A model generated the notes under the pieces. The model was not told where the DNA came from. It did no database searches and saw only the letters and a program-made list of their open reading frames with translations. A stretch of 63,998 nucleotides of DNA, filler included, from Stramenopiles sp. TOSAG23-2 (lineage: Eukaryota), in NCBI GenBank assembly GCA_900128395.1. It is 8 parts of 8 records of this genome, joined end to end, with 100 filler letters (N's around TTAATTAATTAA, not from the genome) between each part and the next. Parts side by side here need not be neighbours in the genome. Positions count along the whole stretch, not along the records: positions 40,189 to 48,094 come from LT650262.1; positions 48,195 to 56,085 come from LT650263.1; positions 56,186 to 63,998 come from LT650272.1; 5 more parts are not named here. One strand, given 5' to 3'. This document shows, piece by piece, positions 47,301 through 57,609 of the stretch. Positions within the stretch are counted from its first letter, which is position 1, and the number at the start of each line of letters is the position of its first letter. Made by a program: the position numbers and the translations under genes.

Positions 47301-47931
47301 TCAAATAACGACCAATTATGAAAAAAAAAGTTTAGCTAAACAGGAAGAAGTAGTAAATTCAGACCCAATACTTATCATTGCACTAACCCATAAGTCAGAT
47401 GATTTGTCGCATTTATTAAATAGTGTAGATAAATATATACTATTGGAAAGAAATATGATGAATAACTTTATTTTTAAAATGGTCATGCGAGAAAGTGATT
47501 CTGGCAGAATTATTAAGCAAAGTCTTAATCTTGAAGAACTTCCAGCATTTTTGATTGGTATTTATATAAATGAAACAGCGAATAATTTAGTTGAAATATC
47601 TACAGTAAACTTTTTCGTACAAAATAGGATTCCTTTTATTTTCGTCTCGAGATCCATGCGTTTAAATGATTTAATTGACACATCGTACACTTGGAACCAC
47701 CCTTGCATTGATGAAAATTACGATCATTATCAATCATTTGAATTAAGAAGAAAATATGCGGTGAAAGAACTTTCAAGAATCTTTTCTTTGACAAACCAAA
47801 ATATTTTAAATATTATTCAATGCTGTAAAAAGAAAATGGATGATTTTACTTATCCTTCATTACAAGAATATAGGAAGAAGAATTTAATATCTATACTTAG
47901 AGGTTCTGGATTTCGTGTTACAAAAAACTGA
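44377..47931 (+). CDS. Multi-domain glycosyltransferase-like type II membrane protein with a ricin-B lectin domain
   Basis: N-terminal TM segment; a DUF707/GT-A-like segment (YNCVFFVDSS...KYNVDIVVPCL); a degenerate GT10-like segment (QFKTIIIEE...ITIYIGPP); beta-trefoil repeats (CNPDWEDQLW, QCL, CNLPNTKQKW). Confidence 0.55.
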   Translation: MRINMFISIIPSNAVKYVKCPRYCNERCIKQLRKKKNLPSTSVVFYGIVVLFSLSLCLLSINIYLYNKHLDNFFLRNKIEDVYMELSMSPFLPQRVLTKANKHGKILFIVKAFNDNAVKSTWFKKLIMKDYEHIDFVFAHTKSFETESYLYQRQNVRVIECNHCSGLGIIEAYYYFRNQGKRKWYSKINEDYNCVFFVDSSQYISLENGGSVDDMAYVLPKYNVDIVVPCLRDGILGDPLSCIEDKPSLNNIGESICQLETMHAKAFTPAFYGIDTNLLWEIGQYALINKIKSKDLSANFIASIALHTAKKVAIFQKVNILNQSFDYMEENRIYKNRNVNLPVRCSMCASYSSKVYSYASCEIAKSKLKLYHKIPKLQSHKYEVNENARLMKMAEVFICKECVKRLLTTVRTIWGKDISVISCKQNDNAFSNIHFSSVLHACEEKRYTNFSGLVVYHYLTQCGIRDTGTNEVSPFGVVITQCTDKLFNFESFTKHIYLPNVFHIHWNRMLEVEWKTFKQNDVSSQSNDILYLLDTSKGKFNLQATIRLVAQSHPNRKIIHRKVNASTYVESFILLCQQFKTIIIEEDENKTFGELLHFVQLALKLRSITIYIGPPVVSLVFRSRNLFVINKFSGIDVSGQMKDALSGDQTVFREKSILNNEIKNRYFSYSHFGYFSSLIRQNAIVNMLNRKDIQKQNLLRNIWSNNDNLCFFHDVAHDGIGVSNCNPDWEDQLWKLLSIGDSLDAQLQNVLTKQCLGARKNIYNNDILYISSCDRFSHTMFSIEVVASFMFLKFGKEKCMSGNKDGLYLEPCNLPNTKQKWEIIETVNLNNVYNFGDENKTNGIVCYGKDCKRLELMLKTKYTNTFGISNVLMLVHLPFDILYELHIYNIQKEPNGNVRVILYLRKKLNEFIVRRGNASVVSFFNMDHFICNENLKKNIDYHLFLLKVASSQVQYISLGGINRCKNIVNFPFHFFQITTNYEKKSLAKQEEVVNSDPILIIALTHKSDDLSHLLNSVDKYILLERNMMNNFIFKMVMRESDSGRIIKQSLNLEELPAFLIGIYINETANNLVEISTVNFFVQNRIPFIFVSRSMRLNDLIDTSYTWNHPCIDENYDHYQSFELRRKYAVKELSRIFSLTNQNILNIIQCCKKKMDDFTYPSLQEYRKKNLISILRGSGFRVTKN

Positions 47932-48094
47932 TATTCATATTTATGAAGTATGAAGTCGTGTATTTTTTTTACATTTTAAATTAAGGATGGTTAAATTATT
48001 TGTCATATGACATATGACCCACCGGTGAGTTTGGTATTATGTGTACAGTCAAATTAAGGAAGAAAAAGAAGAAAAGGAAAAAGAAGGGGATATG

Positions 48095-48194
48095 NNNNNN
48101 NNNNNNNNNNNNNNNNNNNNNNNNNNNNNNNNNNNNNNTTAATTAATTAANNNNNNNNNNNNNNNNNNNNNNNNNNNNNNNNNNNNNNNNNNNN
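48095..48194. other. Artificial contig spacer
   Basis: N44-TTAATTAATTAA-N44. Confidence 0.97.
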
Positions 48195-49131
48195 GCAACT
48201 CAATCCTTTTCTTTTAATAATATATACAAATTTCCACTTTATTCTCCTGGATTCCGATTTTACTACAGATGTACTTTATAAGTCTATCCACTATTATCCT
48301 CACGATAAATAGTAAAAATGTTAAAACTAGCAACAAATATCCGTCTTTTATCCTCCTGGATTCGATTATATATAGTGTTATTGATATACTAATTAAGGTC
48401 CATCCACACGTGTTTTAAAAGTTTCTTTTTCCGGCCCTCACATTTTTATTTATTATTTTTTACGCAAAAATTAACAAAAAATTAACAAAAAAATTGTGTA
48501 TAAAATCACATTCTTCCATCGGAGAGAGATAGACGATCATATATTTGATTATACCAACCTCATATCAACACACGTCTTTTATCCTCCTGGATTCGATTAT
48601 ATATAGTGTTATTGATATACTAATTAAGGTCCATCCACACGTGTTTTAAAAGTTTCTTTTTCCGGCCCTCACATTTTTATTTATTATTTTTTACGCAAAA
48701 ATTAACAAAAAATTAACAAAAAAATTGTGTATAAAATCACATTCTTCCATCGGAGAGAGATAGACGATCATATATTTGATTATACCAACCTCATATCAAC
48801 ACACGTATATATATAATTATCTCTAATAATAACTCTGATTGGAATTTATATATATATATAGTTGAAAATATAAGTATATATATCATAGTAAAAAAAATTC
48901 AGACGATCATATATTTGATTATACCAACCTCATATCAACACACGTATATATATAATTATCTCTAATAATAACTCTGATTGGAATTTATATATATATATAG
49001 TTGAAAATATAAGTATATATATCATAGTAAAAAAAATTCACTCATTTTAAAAAAAAAAAAATAATTTAATTTAATTTAATTAATTAAACAATAAAAAATA
49101 GTAGCTAAGTAGTATCATTCACAACAACAAC

Positions 49132-51840
49132 ATGCCAAAGAAAAAAAATTCAAATTCGAAATCAAGTTCATCACCGAAAAAACAAAAAACATCTGCCACA
49201 AACAATAATAACAATGGTACGACAACAACAACCACAACAACAAATGGAACAAGTAATGGTAGTAATGGACCAAAATATTCATTAATGTCCTCCTCCACAC
49301 AACAACCAACAAATTCTACAGTTGCATCTGTATTTAAAACGTTGGAATATGGACCAGCTCCTGAATCACCAAGTGTTGCATATGCATGGTTGGATGATCA
49401 TGATAGGAAATTTTCCCATTTTATTGATAATAAATGGTATACACCAAATGGTGAACGTAATTATTATACTACAAAATCACCAGCTAGTGGGGAAACATTA
49501 GCTGATACCATACAAGGTAACCAGGAAGATGTGGATATGGCAGTTGCAGCAGCAAAAAAAGCACAAGTTAGTTGGGCAGCATTACCACCACATGCACGTG
49601 CAAGGCATTTATATTCATTAGCACGACATGTACAAAAACATGCACGATTAATTGCTGTTGTGGAAGCATTGGATAATGGTAAAACCATACGGGAAACACG
49701 TGATGCAGATGTTCCAATTGTTGCAAGATGGTTATATCATTATGCTGGATGGGCACAATTAGCACCAAAAGAAATGCAAGGTTGGCAACCAGTTGGTGTG
49801 ATTGGTGGTATTGTACCATGGAATTTTCCATTGATGTTATTAACATGGAAAGTTGCACCTGCATTAGCAATGGGAAATACAATTGTATTGAAACCTGCTA
49901 CGTATACACGTTTATCTGCATTATTATTTGCTGAAATATGCGCAGAAGCTGGTTTACCACCTGGTGTATTTAATGTGTTAACTGGAAGTGGACGTATGGG
50001 TAGTATGATCGCCGAACATCATGATATTGATAAAGTTGCATTTACTGGTAGTACTGCAATTGGTGCCTTGTTACGTAGAAATACGGCTGGTACGGGTAAA
50101 AAAATATCATTAGAACTTGGTGGTAAATCACCTGTAGTCGTATTTGATACAGCAGATTTAGATGCAGTAGTAGAAGGTATTGTAAATGCTGTATGGTTTA
50201 ATCAAGGTCAAGTATGTAGTGCAGGATCCAGATTATTAGTACAAGAACCAATTTATGATAAATTGGTGAAGAAAATTAAGGAACGAATGAAAACATTACG
50301 TTTAGGCCATTCACTTGATAAATGTTGTGATATGGGACCATTAGTAGATATGAATCAATGGAAAGATGTATCTGGTATGGTACAAGCTGCAAGAGAGGAA
50401 GGTGGTACCGTATACCAAGCATGCAATGGTGGAGAACCAAATGTACCAACCACATCAAATTTATTTTTTCCACCAACATTAATTACAAATGTAAATTCCA
50501 CATCGACCATTGTTCAAGAAGAAGTATTTGGACCAGTACTTTGTGTACAAGCATTTAGGACACCAAAAGAAGCAATTAAATTAGCAAATAATACACGTTA
50601 TGGTTTAGGTGCATCCGTTTGGACGGAACATGTATCATTAGCATTGGAAGTTGCATTGTCCATCAAAGCTGGTACGGTATGGATCAATGGACATAATATG
50701 TTTGATGCTGCAAGTGGTTTCGGTGGTTACAGAGAAAGTGGATTTGGACGGGATGGTGGTCGTGAAGGTTTATATGAATATGTTAAACCAGCATGGCAAA
50801 AACGTGTATATCCAAAATACGATGCAAATTCACCAGGTATTGAAGGATTTGGTAAACATACTCAAGCTAGACCAACTTTACCAAAACAAGCACCTAGTAA
50901 TGCACCAGGTACACCAGCAAAGAAAGGCACATCAAGTAATGGTAACAGCAGCACTAGCAGTAGCACGGATGTACCATGCATTGATCGTACCGTAAAACAA
51001 TTTTATGGTGGTAAACAAAAACGACCAGATGCAACATATGTACGACCAGTAATAAATCCTAAGAATGGAAATTATGTTGGTCAAGTTAGTGAAGGTAATC
51101 GTAAAGATGTACGAAATGCAGTTGAATGCGCATTCAAAGCTGCACCAGGTTGGGGCAAACGTGCTGCACATAATCGAGCACAAATTGTGTATTACATTGC
51201 AGAAAATTTAGAATTACGTTTTGATGAAATTGCTGATCGTATAGCACAACAAACTGGACGTACGGTAGAATCCGCCAAGGCAGAAGTTTCTACTTCTATT
51301 CGACGTTTATTTTATTGGGCTGCATATGCTGATAAATATGGTGGTGAAGTTCAAGAAACATCATTTTATGGCGCAACGGTGAAAGTCCATGAGCCTGTTG
51401 GCACTGTTGGTATCGTATGCCCAAATGAATATCCATTATTAGGTTTTATTTCCTTATTTGCACCAGCAGTTGTACGTGGTAATACAATTGTAATTATACC
51501 TAGTGAAACCGCGCCAATTAGTGCAACTGATTTATATCAAGTATTTGAAACTAGTGATGTACCTGCAGGTGTTGTGAATATTCTTACTGGGAATAAAAAT
51601 CATTTAACTAAATATTTAGTCGAACATCAAAACATAGAAGCAATGTGGTACTTTGGTGATACAGAAGGTTCCAGGTTTGTTGAATATACTAGTGCGGGTA
51701 ATATGAAACGTACGTGGGTGAATTATGGCGTTGAACGCAATTGGATGGACGATGAACAAGGTCAAGGTGTTGAATTTTTATATAATTCTACAGAATGTAA
51801 AAATATTTGGATGCCAATGGGTGAAGTGTTTGCTAATTAG
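49132..51840 (+). CDS. ALDH16: ALDH16-family aldehyde dehydrogenase (full ALDH plus an extra C-terminal Rossmann domain)
   Basis: YGPAPES, PWNFPLM, FTGSTAIG, SLELGGKSP, catalytic GQVCSAGSR, EEVFGPV, then DRT...YGGKQKRPD and a second NAD-like domain ending KNIWMPMGE. Confidence 0.92.
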   Translation: MPKKKNSNSKSSSSPKKQKTSATNNNNNGTTTTTTTTNGTSNGSNGPKYSLMSSSTQQPTNSTVASVFKTLEYGPAPESPSVAYAWLDDHDRKFSHFIDNKWYTPNGERNYYTTKSPASGETLADTIQGNQEDVDMAVAAAKKAQVSWAALPPHARARHLYSLARHVQKHARLIAVVEALDNGKTIRETRDADVPIVARWLYHYAGWAQLAPKEMQGWQPVGVIGGIVPWNFPLMLLTWKVAPALAMGNTIVLKPATYTRLSALLFAEICAEAGLPPGVFNVLTGSGRMGSMIAEHHDIDKVAFTGSTAIGALLRRNTAGTGKKISLELGGKSPVVVFDTADLDAVVEGIVNAVWFNQGQVCSAGSRLLVQEPIYDKLVKKIKERMKTLRLGHSLDKCCDMGPLVDMNQWKDVSGMVQAAREEGGTVYQACNGGEPNVPTTSNLFFPPTLITNVNSTSTIVQEEVFGPVLCVQAFRTPKEAIKLANNTRYGLGASVWTEHVSLALEVALSIKAGTVWINGHNMFDAASGFGGYRESGFGRDGGREGLYEYVKPAWQKRVYPKYDANSPGIEGFGKHTQARPTLPKQAPSNAPGTPAKKGTSSNGNSSTSSSTDVPCIDRTVKQFYGGKQKRPDATYVRPVINPKNGNYVGQVSEGNRKDVRNAVECAFKAAPGWGKRAAHNRAQIVYYIAENLELRFDEIADRIAQQTGRTVESAKAEVSTSIRRLFYWAAYADKYGGEVQETSFYGATVKVHEPVGTVGIVCPNEYPLLGFISLFAPAVVRGNTIVIIPSETAPISATDLYQVFETSDVPAGVVNILTGNKNHLTKYLVEHQNIEAMWYFGDTEGSRFVEYTSAGNMKRTWVNYGVERNWMDDEQGQGVEFLYNSTECKNIWMPMGEVFAN

Positions 51841-52250
51841 AGAGAGAGAGAGGATGGACGATGAACAAGGTCAAGGTGTTGAATTTTTATATAATTCTAC
51901 AGAATGTAAAAATATTTGGATGCCAATGGGTGAAGTGTTTGCTAATTAGAGAGAGAGAGAGAGATGCGGATATTTGTATAAAAAATACGTACGAAGTATT
52001 AGAAGGAAGGAAAATGTGTGTGGAGGGTGGGGGAGGCGGGGATGGCGGGGAAGGCAGACTATTAAAGAGAGAAAAAGGAAAAAAAGTGTAATTTGATAAA
52101 AATCTCGATTATTATTTTTTTATATTTACGAGTAGTACGAAGTGTATTATTGATAATTATCGACTCTAATAATATAATGATGGTTATAGATATATATTAT
52201 AATATCATAATATCGATATTTCCGTCATTTCTCTTATCCTCCTTCTTCCT

Positions 52251-52286
<36 letters not shown>

Positions 52287-52313
52287 TCACTCTTCACCAT
52301 TCACCGCCAACGC

Positions 52314-52368
52314 AGCGATATAAGATAAAGAGTGCGTTGGGCCAACGCACTCTTTATCTTATATCGCT
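52314..52368. repeat. Perfect hairpin with 27-bp arms and a 1-nt centre
   Basis: agcgatataagataaagagtgcgttgg-g-ccaacgcactctttatcttatatcgct. Confidence 0.9.
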
Positions 52369-52460
52369 ATTAATAGATATTACTCAATAAATCTTCTTCA
52401 AGCTCATGATAAGCCCCTCCACTACTACCATCAACATCATTAAGTTCTATTAATGAATTT

Positions 52461-55400
52461 TTACGATGTGATGATGTATGTGTATCTTTCCACATTGTTT
52501 TTAATGATTCTACTACCATCACCATCATTAAGTTCTATTAATGAATTTTTACGATGTGATGATGTATGTGTATCTTTCCACATTGTTTTTAATGATTTAT
52601 ATAATTTTCGCCATAAATGAAAATAAATACTTGAACCAATCAAAGAACCAAATATTAATGATAACATAATAAATGAAAATATCCACGACCATGTATTATT
52701 GCTATTATTTTTAATATACAATCGTAAAACTTCGCTGTAAAGTGTTGCAGTGAAGATTAAAACCATATTTGTCAATAGTAACCATTTTTCCATACGATTT
52801 TGAAATTGATATTTAAATGGTTTGATTTTTATATGCAAATAGAATGCAATAAAACAAATAATAAAAGCACAAATACCTATTATCATTCGATAGCAACTTG
52901 GAAATGTTTTAATATTGACTATTGATATAATTAGTAATATACTAATTTGTCTTGCCCAAATTAAAAATTGATAATATGGTGCATGCGTTGCGTATCGCTA
53001 ATCAATGTTAATTACATGATATATATAATCAACAATTATGTATGTAGAAGTAAAATAAAGTGTTAGTTGTAAACAAAAAACTTGTTGCATATGTTAAACA
53101 TAAACATAATTATATGATGACTTACCTTTGTTAAATAAATAAGACGTCTTTGCAATCGCATGGGTGGCATTTTCAAAGGTTGCAAGCAACTGTATAATTT
53201 ACCATCCCATTCACCTCCCATAACACGCATTTCACGATAAAATTTAAAAAATATATACGAAAAAACTGGAATAATAATGCATAAAAAAAGTAATTTTGAT
53301 ATTATTCCTTCCAACAAACGATTGTAATAATAAAGCAAAACCTTTGTAAATTTAATCGCTAAAAAAGACATTGTCATAGATAAAATATTATATACTTTAT
53401 CAACATATACATGTTTTTTTTCATCATTGAAGCAACATTTTGGCATACATTTAATTACGTTTGGAACAAAAAACAATATACAAAATGTAGCAAATATAAT
53501 AGTCCATATTACAACTGTAAAATTACCAGCATCTGGATTATTTGCACCACCAAATAAACATTGTAAATGAATCATATCTGGCAAATTTAATGTAAATGCA
53601 TTGAGGCTACGTTGTGCTTTTTGTACCTCTACTGGCCATGATAAATCCATATGACCAATAACTAGCATTGTCTGCCCATGTGAACTTATAATACTAATTG
53701 ATGCAATTGTACCACCAATTGCACCAGGATATTTTTCCGTATATTGTACCAATTTACGCAATGCAAAAAACATTATTGCTCCCATTACAATTAGTAATAT
53801 GATTATCATCCATATTGATTGTACCACCAATTGCACCAGGATATTTTTCCGTATATTGTACCAATTTACGCAGTGCAAAAAACATTATTGCTCCCATTAC
53901 AATTAGTAATATGATTATCATCCATATTGGAGTATCCGTGCAAGGTACACATGTTTGTAAATCTACGGATGGAAGTGAATTTTTAAACCCGGAACAATCC
54001 CCTGGGGGTATTCCTTCACAAGGTATTACCTTGCATAATTCTATTATTGGTTTTGGTGGCGGATAGTTAAAACTATTATATTGAATATTGAAATTATTGA
54101 TGTATTGTTGATAATCTGCAATTTTGATGGGTATGTCTCCAATAAGTATGTTTTTCGTTTTTAAAGCGTTTAATTGTAACTCTGTTGTTTTATTATTGTG
54201 CATATATACAATAATTTTGTGACCTTCATCTTTAGTTGTTGTGTATTTGCCATATATGTTACCATTACCTTGCATAATTCTATTATTGGTTTTGGTGGCG
54301 GATAGTTAAAACTATTATATTGAATATTGAAATTATTGATGTATTGTTGATAATCTGCAATTTTGATTGGTATGTCTCCAATAAGTATGTTTTTCGTTTT
54401 TAAAGCGTTTAATTGTAACTCTGTTGTTTTATTATTGTGCATATATACAATTATTTTGTTACCTTCATCTTTAGTTGTTGTGTATTTGCCATATATGTTA
54501 CCAGTTCGGAAGTCATTATGTGTTTCTCGTGTTTCAGTATTAAATGTTATTGTTGTTGCGCAAAGATTGGGAGATCCTGTACCAGTAAATAAACAATCTG
54601 TATAATCCACGTCGCATGTTTCTGGAAAATTAATAGGACAGGATTTGCATGATGTTTCCGATGTTTGGCCTTGTAAATCATTGAATTTGCCAACACCACA
54701 TTTTTTGCAAGCTATTTCGTTTGATTGCCCTTGTAAATTATTAAATTTACCAATGCCACAGTTATTGCAATTTGATTGGTCAACATTCGTATATTTACCA
54801 ACGCCACATGTCTTGCAAGCTTTTTCGTTTGATTGGCCTTGTAAATCATTGAATTTGCCAACACCACAGCTTGTGCAATTTGATTGGCCTTGTAATTTAT
54901 TAAATTTACCAACACCACATTTTTTGCAAGCTGTTTGGTATGTTTGACTTTTCAAAGGATTTAATTTCCCAATACCACATACTACGCAATCAAAGTTATT
55001 AGTTATTGAACATGCACATGCAACTCCAACATTATAATTATTATTGTTTGTTTCATGACATGTGCCAGTAAATGTTTTTTCCGTACATAAATTATTTGAA
55101 CATGTTTTCCATGTTGGTGTACCATAATCATAAATATTATTATTATTATTTGGATTGTTGAAATATGTATTTATTAATGATATGGTAAGTGATCCATATG
55201 TATATATTTCATCACCATTATTAGTTGCATCATTATTGATAAATGATGATTGACGGAGGGTGATGACTGTAGTGCTATCACCATTTATATAGAGGCCGCC
55301 TCCATTATAAGCATCATTATGTGATATGATTGTATTCTTCATTGTTACATCACTGTATTCTATATACATACCACCACCACCATCACCAGCTTGATTATTG

Positions 55401-56056
55401 TCTATCGTTGTATTGTATATGGTAGCAACAGCGCTATACATATAAATACCACCACCACCACCAATACCAGTAGCTTCATTATTATGAATAATACTATTAT
55501 ATATATGAATCGCATTCTTATTCGTACTACCATAAGCACCATATGCATATATTCCACCACCATTCAACCCCGCTTTATTATTAAATACAATAGATGAATA
55601 TAAATTTAATTCACCGCCGTATGTATAAATCAATATAGATCCACCATCACGATCAGGATCATCATTATAACTACTAACATCCCCACCAACTAATTTTATA
55701 TAACGTAATATTAATTTAGCATTTGCATTATTTAAATAAAAATGACGATGTTTACTCGCAGCAGTTATAATAATTAAATTATTCATATCCGTATTTATAC
55801 CATCAATTTCTAACGTATTCAATACAGAAACGTGATCACTACCTGATATGGTACAATCATTATTACGTTTAAACGTACCTTCATTTGTTGTAGCAGAACA
55901 ATCCCATTCCGTTTGTGAATTTATTGGTATTATTAAATTAAAAAGGAAACCAACAACGACAAATAATGCTACCAAAATCTTCTTTTTTGTAAATAATTTA
56001 TAAGATGATTGTTTTTTTATAATTGAAAATAATAAATTTGTTCTCATAATATTCAT
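52461..56056 (-). CDS. Large surface receptor-like protein: beta-helix (GGGI/FxxN, Pmp-like) repeats, GCC2/GCC3-type Cys repeats and a multi-TM C-terminus; fragmented by duplications
   Basis: Four ORF pieces are joined by removing tandem duplications (54025..54502, 53706..53929) and one intron (53125..52998; GTAAGT/ACTAAC/TAG). CGVGKFN repeats, and IKPFKYQFQNRME in the TM region. Confidence 0.7.
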
Positions 56057-56085
56057 GTTTGTTTTGTTGTCTTGCCTGGAATTTA

Positions 56086-56185
56086 NNNNNNNNNNNNNNN
56101 NNNNNNNNNNNNNNNNNNNNNNNNNNNNNTTAATTAATTAANNNNNNNNNNNNNNNNNNNNNNNNNNNNNNNNNNNNNNNNNNNN
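56086..56185. other. Artificial contig spacer
   Basis: N44-TTAATTAATTAA-N44. Confidence 0.97.
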
Positions 56186-56590
56186 AATTTTTCAAGTTAT
56201 TTGTCGTTTTCGTCATTTAAATAGTATATCATCAAAAAAACGTTTTTAAGGTTTGTTTGATGGAAATTTATTATATAGGATTGAATAGCATCAACAATTG
56301 GATTTGATTTGGTATACCTACTGTAAGTACGATTATATTTATTAGTCGTCACGTGAGGAGAGTTTAAAAGCATAAATGTCACTGTTATATTTTATTAAAA
56401 AAAAGGGGGTCCATGTATATACATATTTATAAATTGAAAATACATTGTGTCAAAGTGTCAAGAGTGTGAAAAGTGTGAAAAAGTGTGAACAGTATCAAGA
56501 GTGAAAGTATCAACAGAAGCGTGTTGTGAAAGTGAATTCTGCGAAAGTGCGTGAAAGAAAGAAAGGTATAGTCAAGATACCACCACATCG

Positions 56591-57010
56591 ATGCCAAATC
56601 AAGATACAACAACACTAGTTCCATCAAAAACATCAGTGCCAAGTCAAGATACCACCACATCAGTGCCAAGTAAAGATATGTCAGCAGCATCGATGCCAAA
56701 AGGAGAAGCATCGTCAGGAGAAGCATCGTCAGGAGAAGCATCGTCAAATGTAATGGGAGTTTTGCCCTTATTGGCAGGGTTCCTTGTTGGCATAGCTTTT
56801 ACTTTAACTGTGAGTTTTTGTTACAAGAAATTCTGTGGTAGTAGAAAGCGCATGGACTGGTGGAAAAAAAAAGGTTACAGAAACACTTGGGAAGATGATT
56901 CTAGGAGAAGAAGGCGCGAAAAAGGAAAAAGGAAAGATACGCTGATAGAAATGCAACAAAAGAATCCAATTTATAATTTAAACCCAGTTGATGCATCGCC
57001 AGGTGTTTAG
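56591..57010 (+). CDS. Single-pass membrane protein with a Ser/Thr-rich repeat stalk (possibly a terminal exon)
   Basis: QDTTT-x-VPS and GEASS repeats, one TM helix, and a basic cytoplasmic tail with NPIY. Confidence 0.45.
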   Translation: MPNQDTTTLVPSKTSVPSQDTTTSVPSKDMSAASMPKGEASSGEASSGEASSNVMGVLPLLAGFLVGIAFTLTVSFCYKKFCGSRKRMDWWKKKGYRNTWEDDSRRRRREKGKRKDTLIEMQQKNPIYNLNPVDASPGV

Positions 57011-57609
57011 AACTGGAAAAGTACAAAATTTGGTCATTTTTATTGATTTTTTAACATTTTCCTATCAAAACTACAAAAAATAGTATACTAATTATGTATC
57101 AATGGTTTAACAACTCCACCAATAATGTAAAATAAGTAATGTAATAATATCATAAGTAAACATGTAAATAATTTAATTTACGCATAATTTATTACATGTA
57201 AATATATATTCGTACTATATTATATTATATATACCATGTTACCCTTCTTATGAAGACTACAAGAGCGCTATTTAGAAAAAATCATCATTACCATCATTTT
57301 GACCATCTTTTCTCTCATCCTTCTTCTTATTTTAAATCCCATTTTTTTACCAAGTTTTTCATCAACTTTATTTAACAAAGTCATTTGATGATTTAGGGAA
57401 ATATACGTAATTTTTTTCTTAATCTTTTTTTTTATTATATAAAATCTAAAATTCTCGAATCTCTACTGGTCTACAAACATATCAATATCATATCATACGT
57501 CGTAATTATACGATCGTATATTTTTATAATATTATTATATAATATTGCACAATTTATATTAATAATTATTCATATATATATAATATACACAACTCTGGGA
57601 ACTCTCACT

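Larger units (their letters stand above)
40193..48090. repeat. Whole-contig perfect palindrome centred at 44141/44142, with no spacer
   Basis: Identical ORF sets are mirrored on both strands, and the centre reads tttggtgcata|tatgcaccaaa. Confidence 0.95.

Noticed and set aside
51725-52091. Small ORFs repeating the ALDH16 C-terminus
   Set aside because: They are produced by the 109-bp duplication at 51743..51960.
7956-56185. Regularly spaced TTAATTAATTAA motif about every 8 kb
   Set aside because: It is an artificial linker inside N-runs that joins length-sorted contigs (7954, 7937, 7924, 7918, 7906, 7891 bp). Cross-spacer gene clusters are meaningless.
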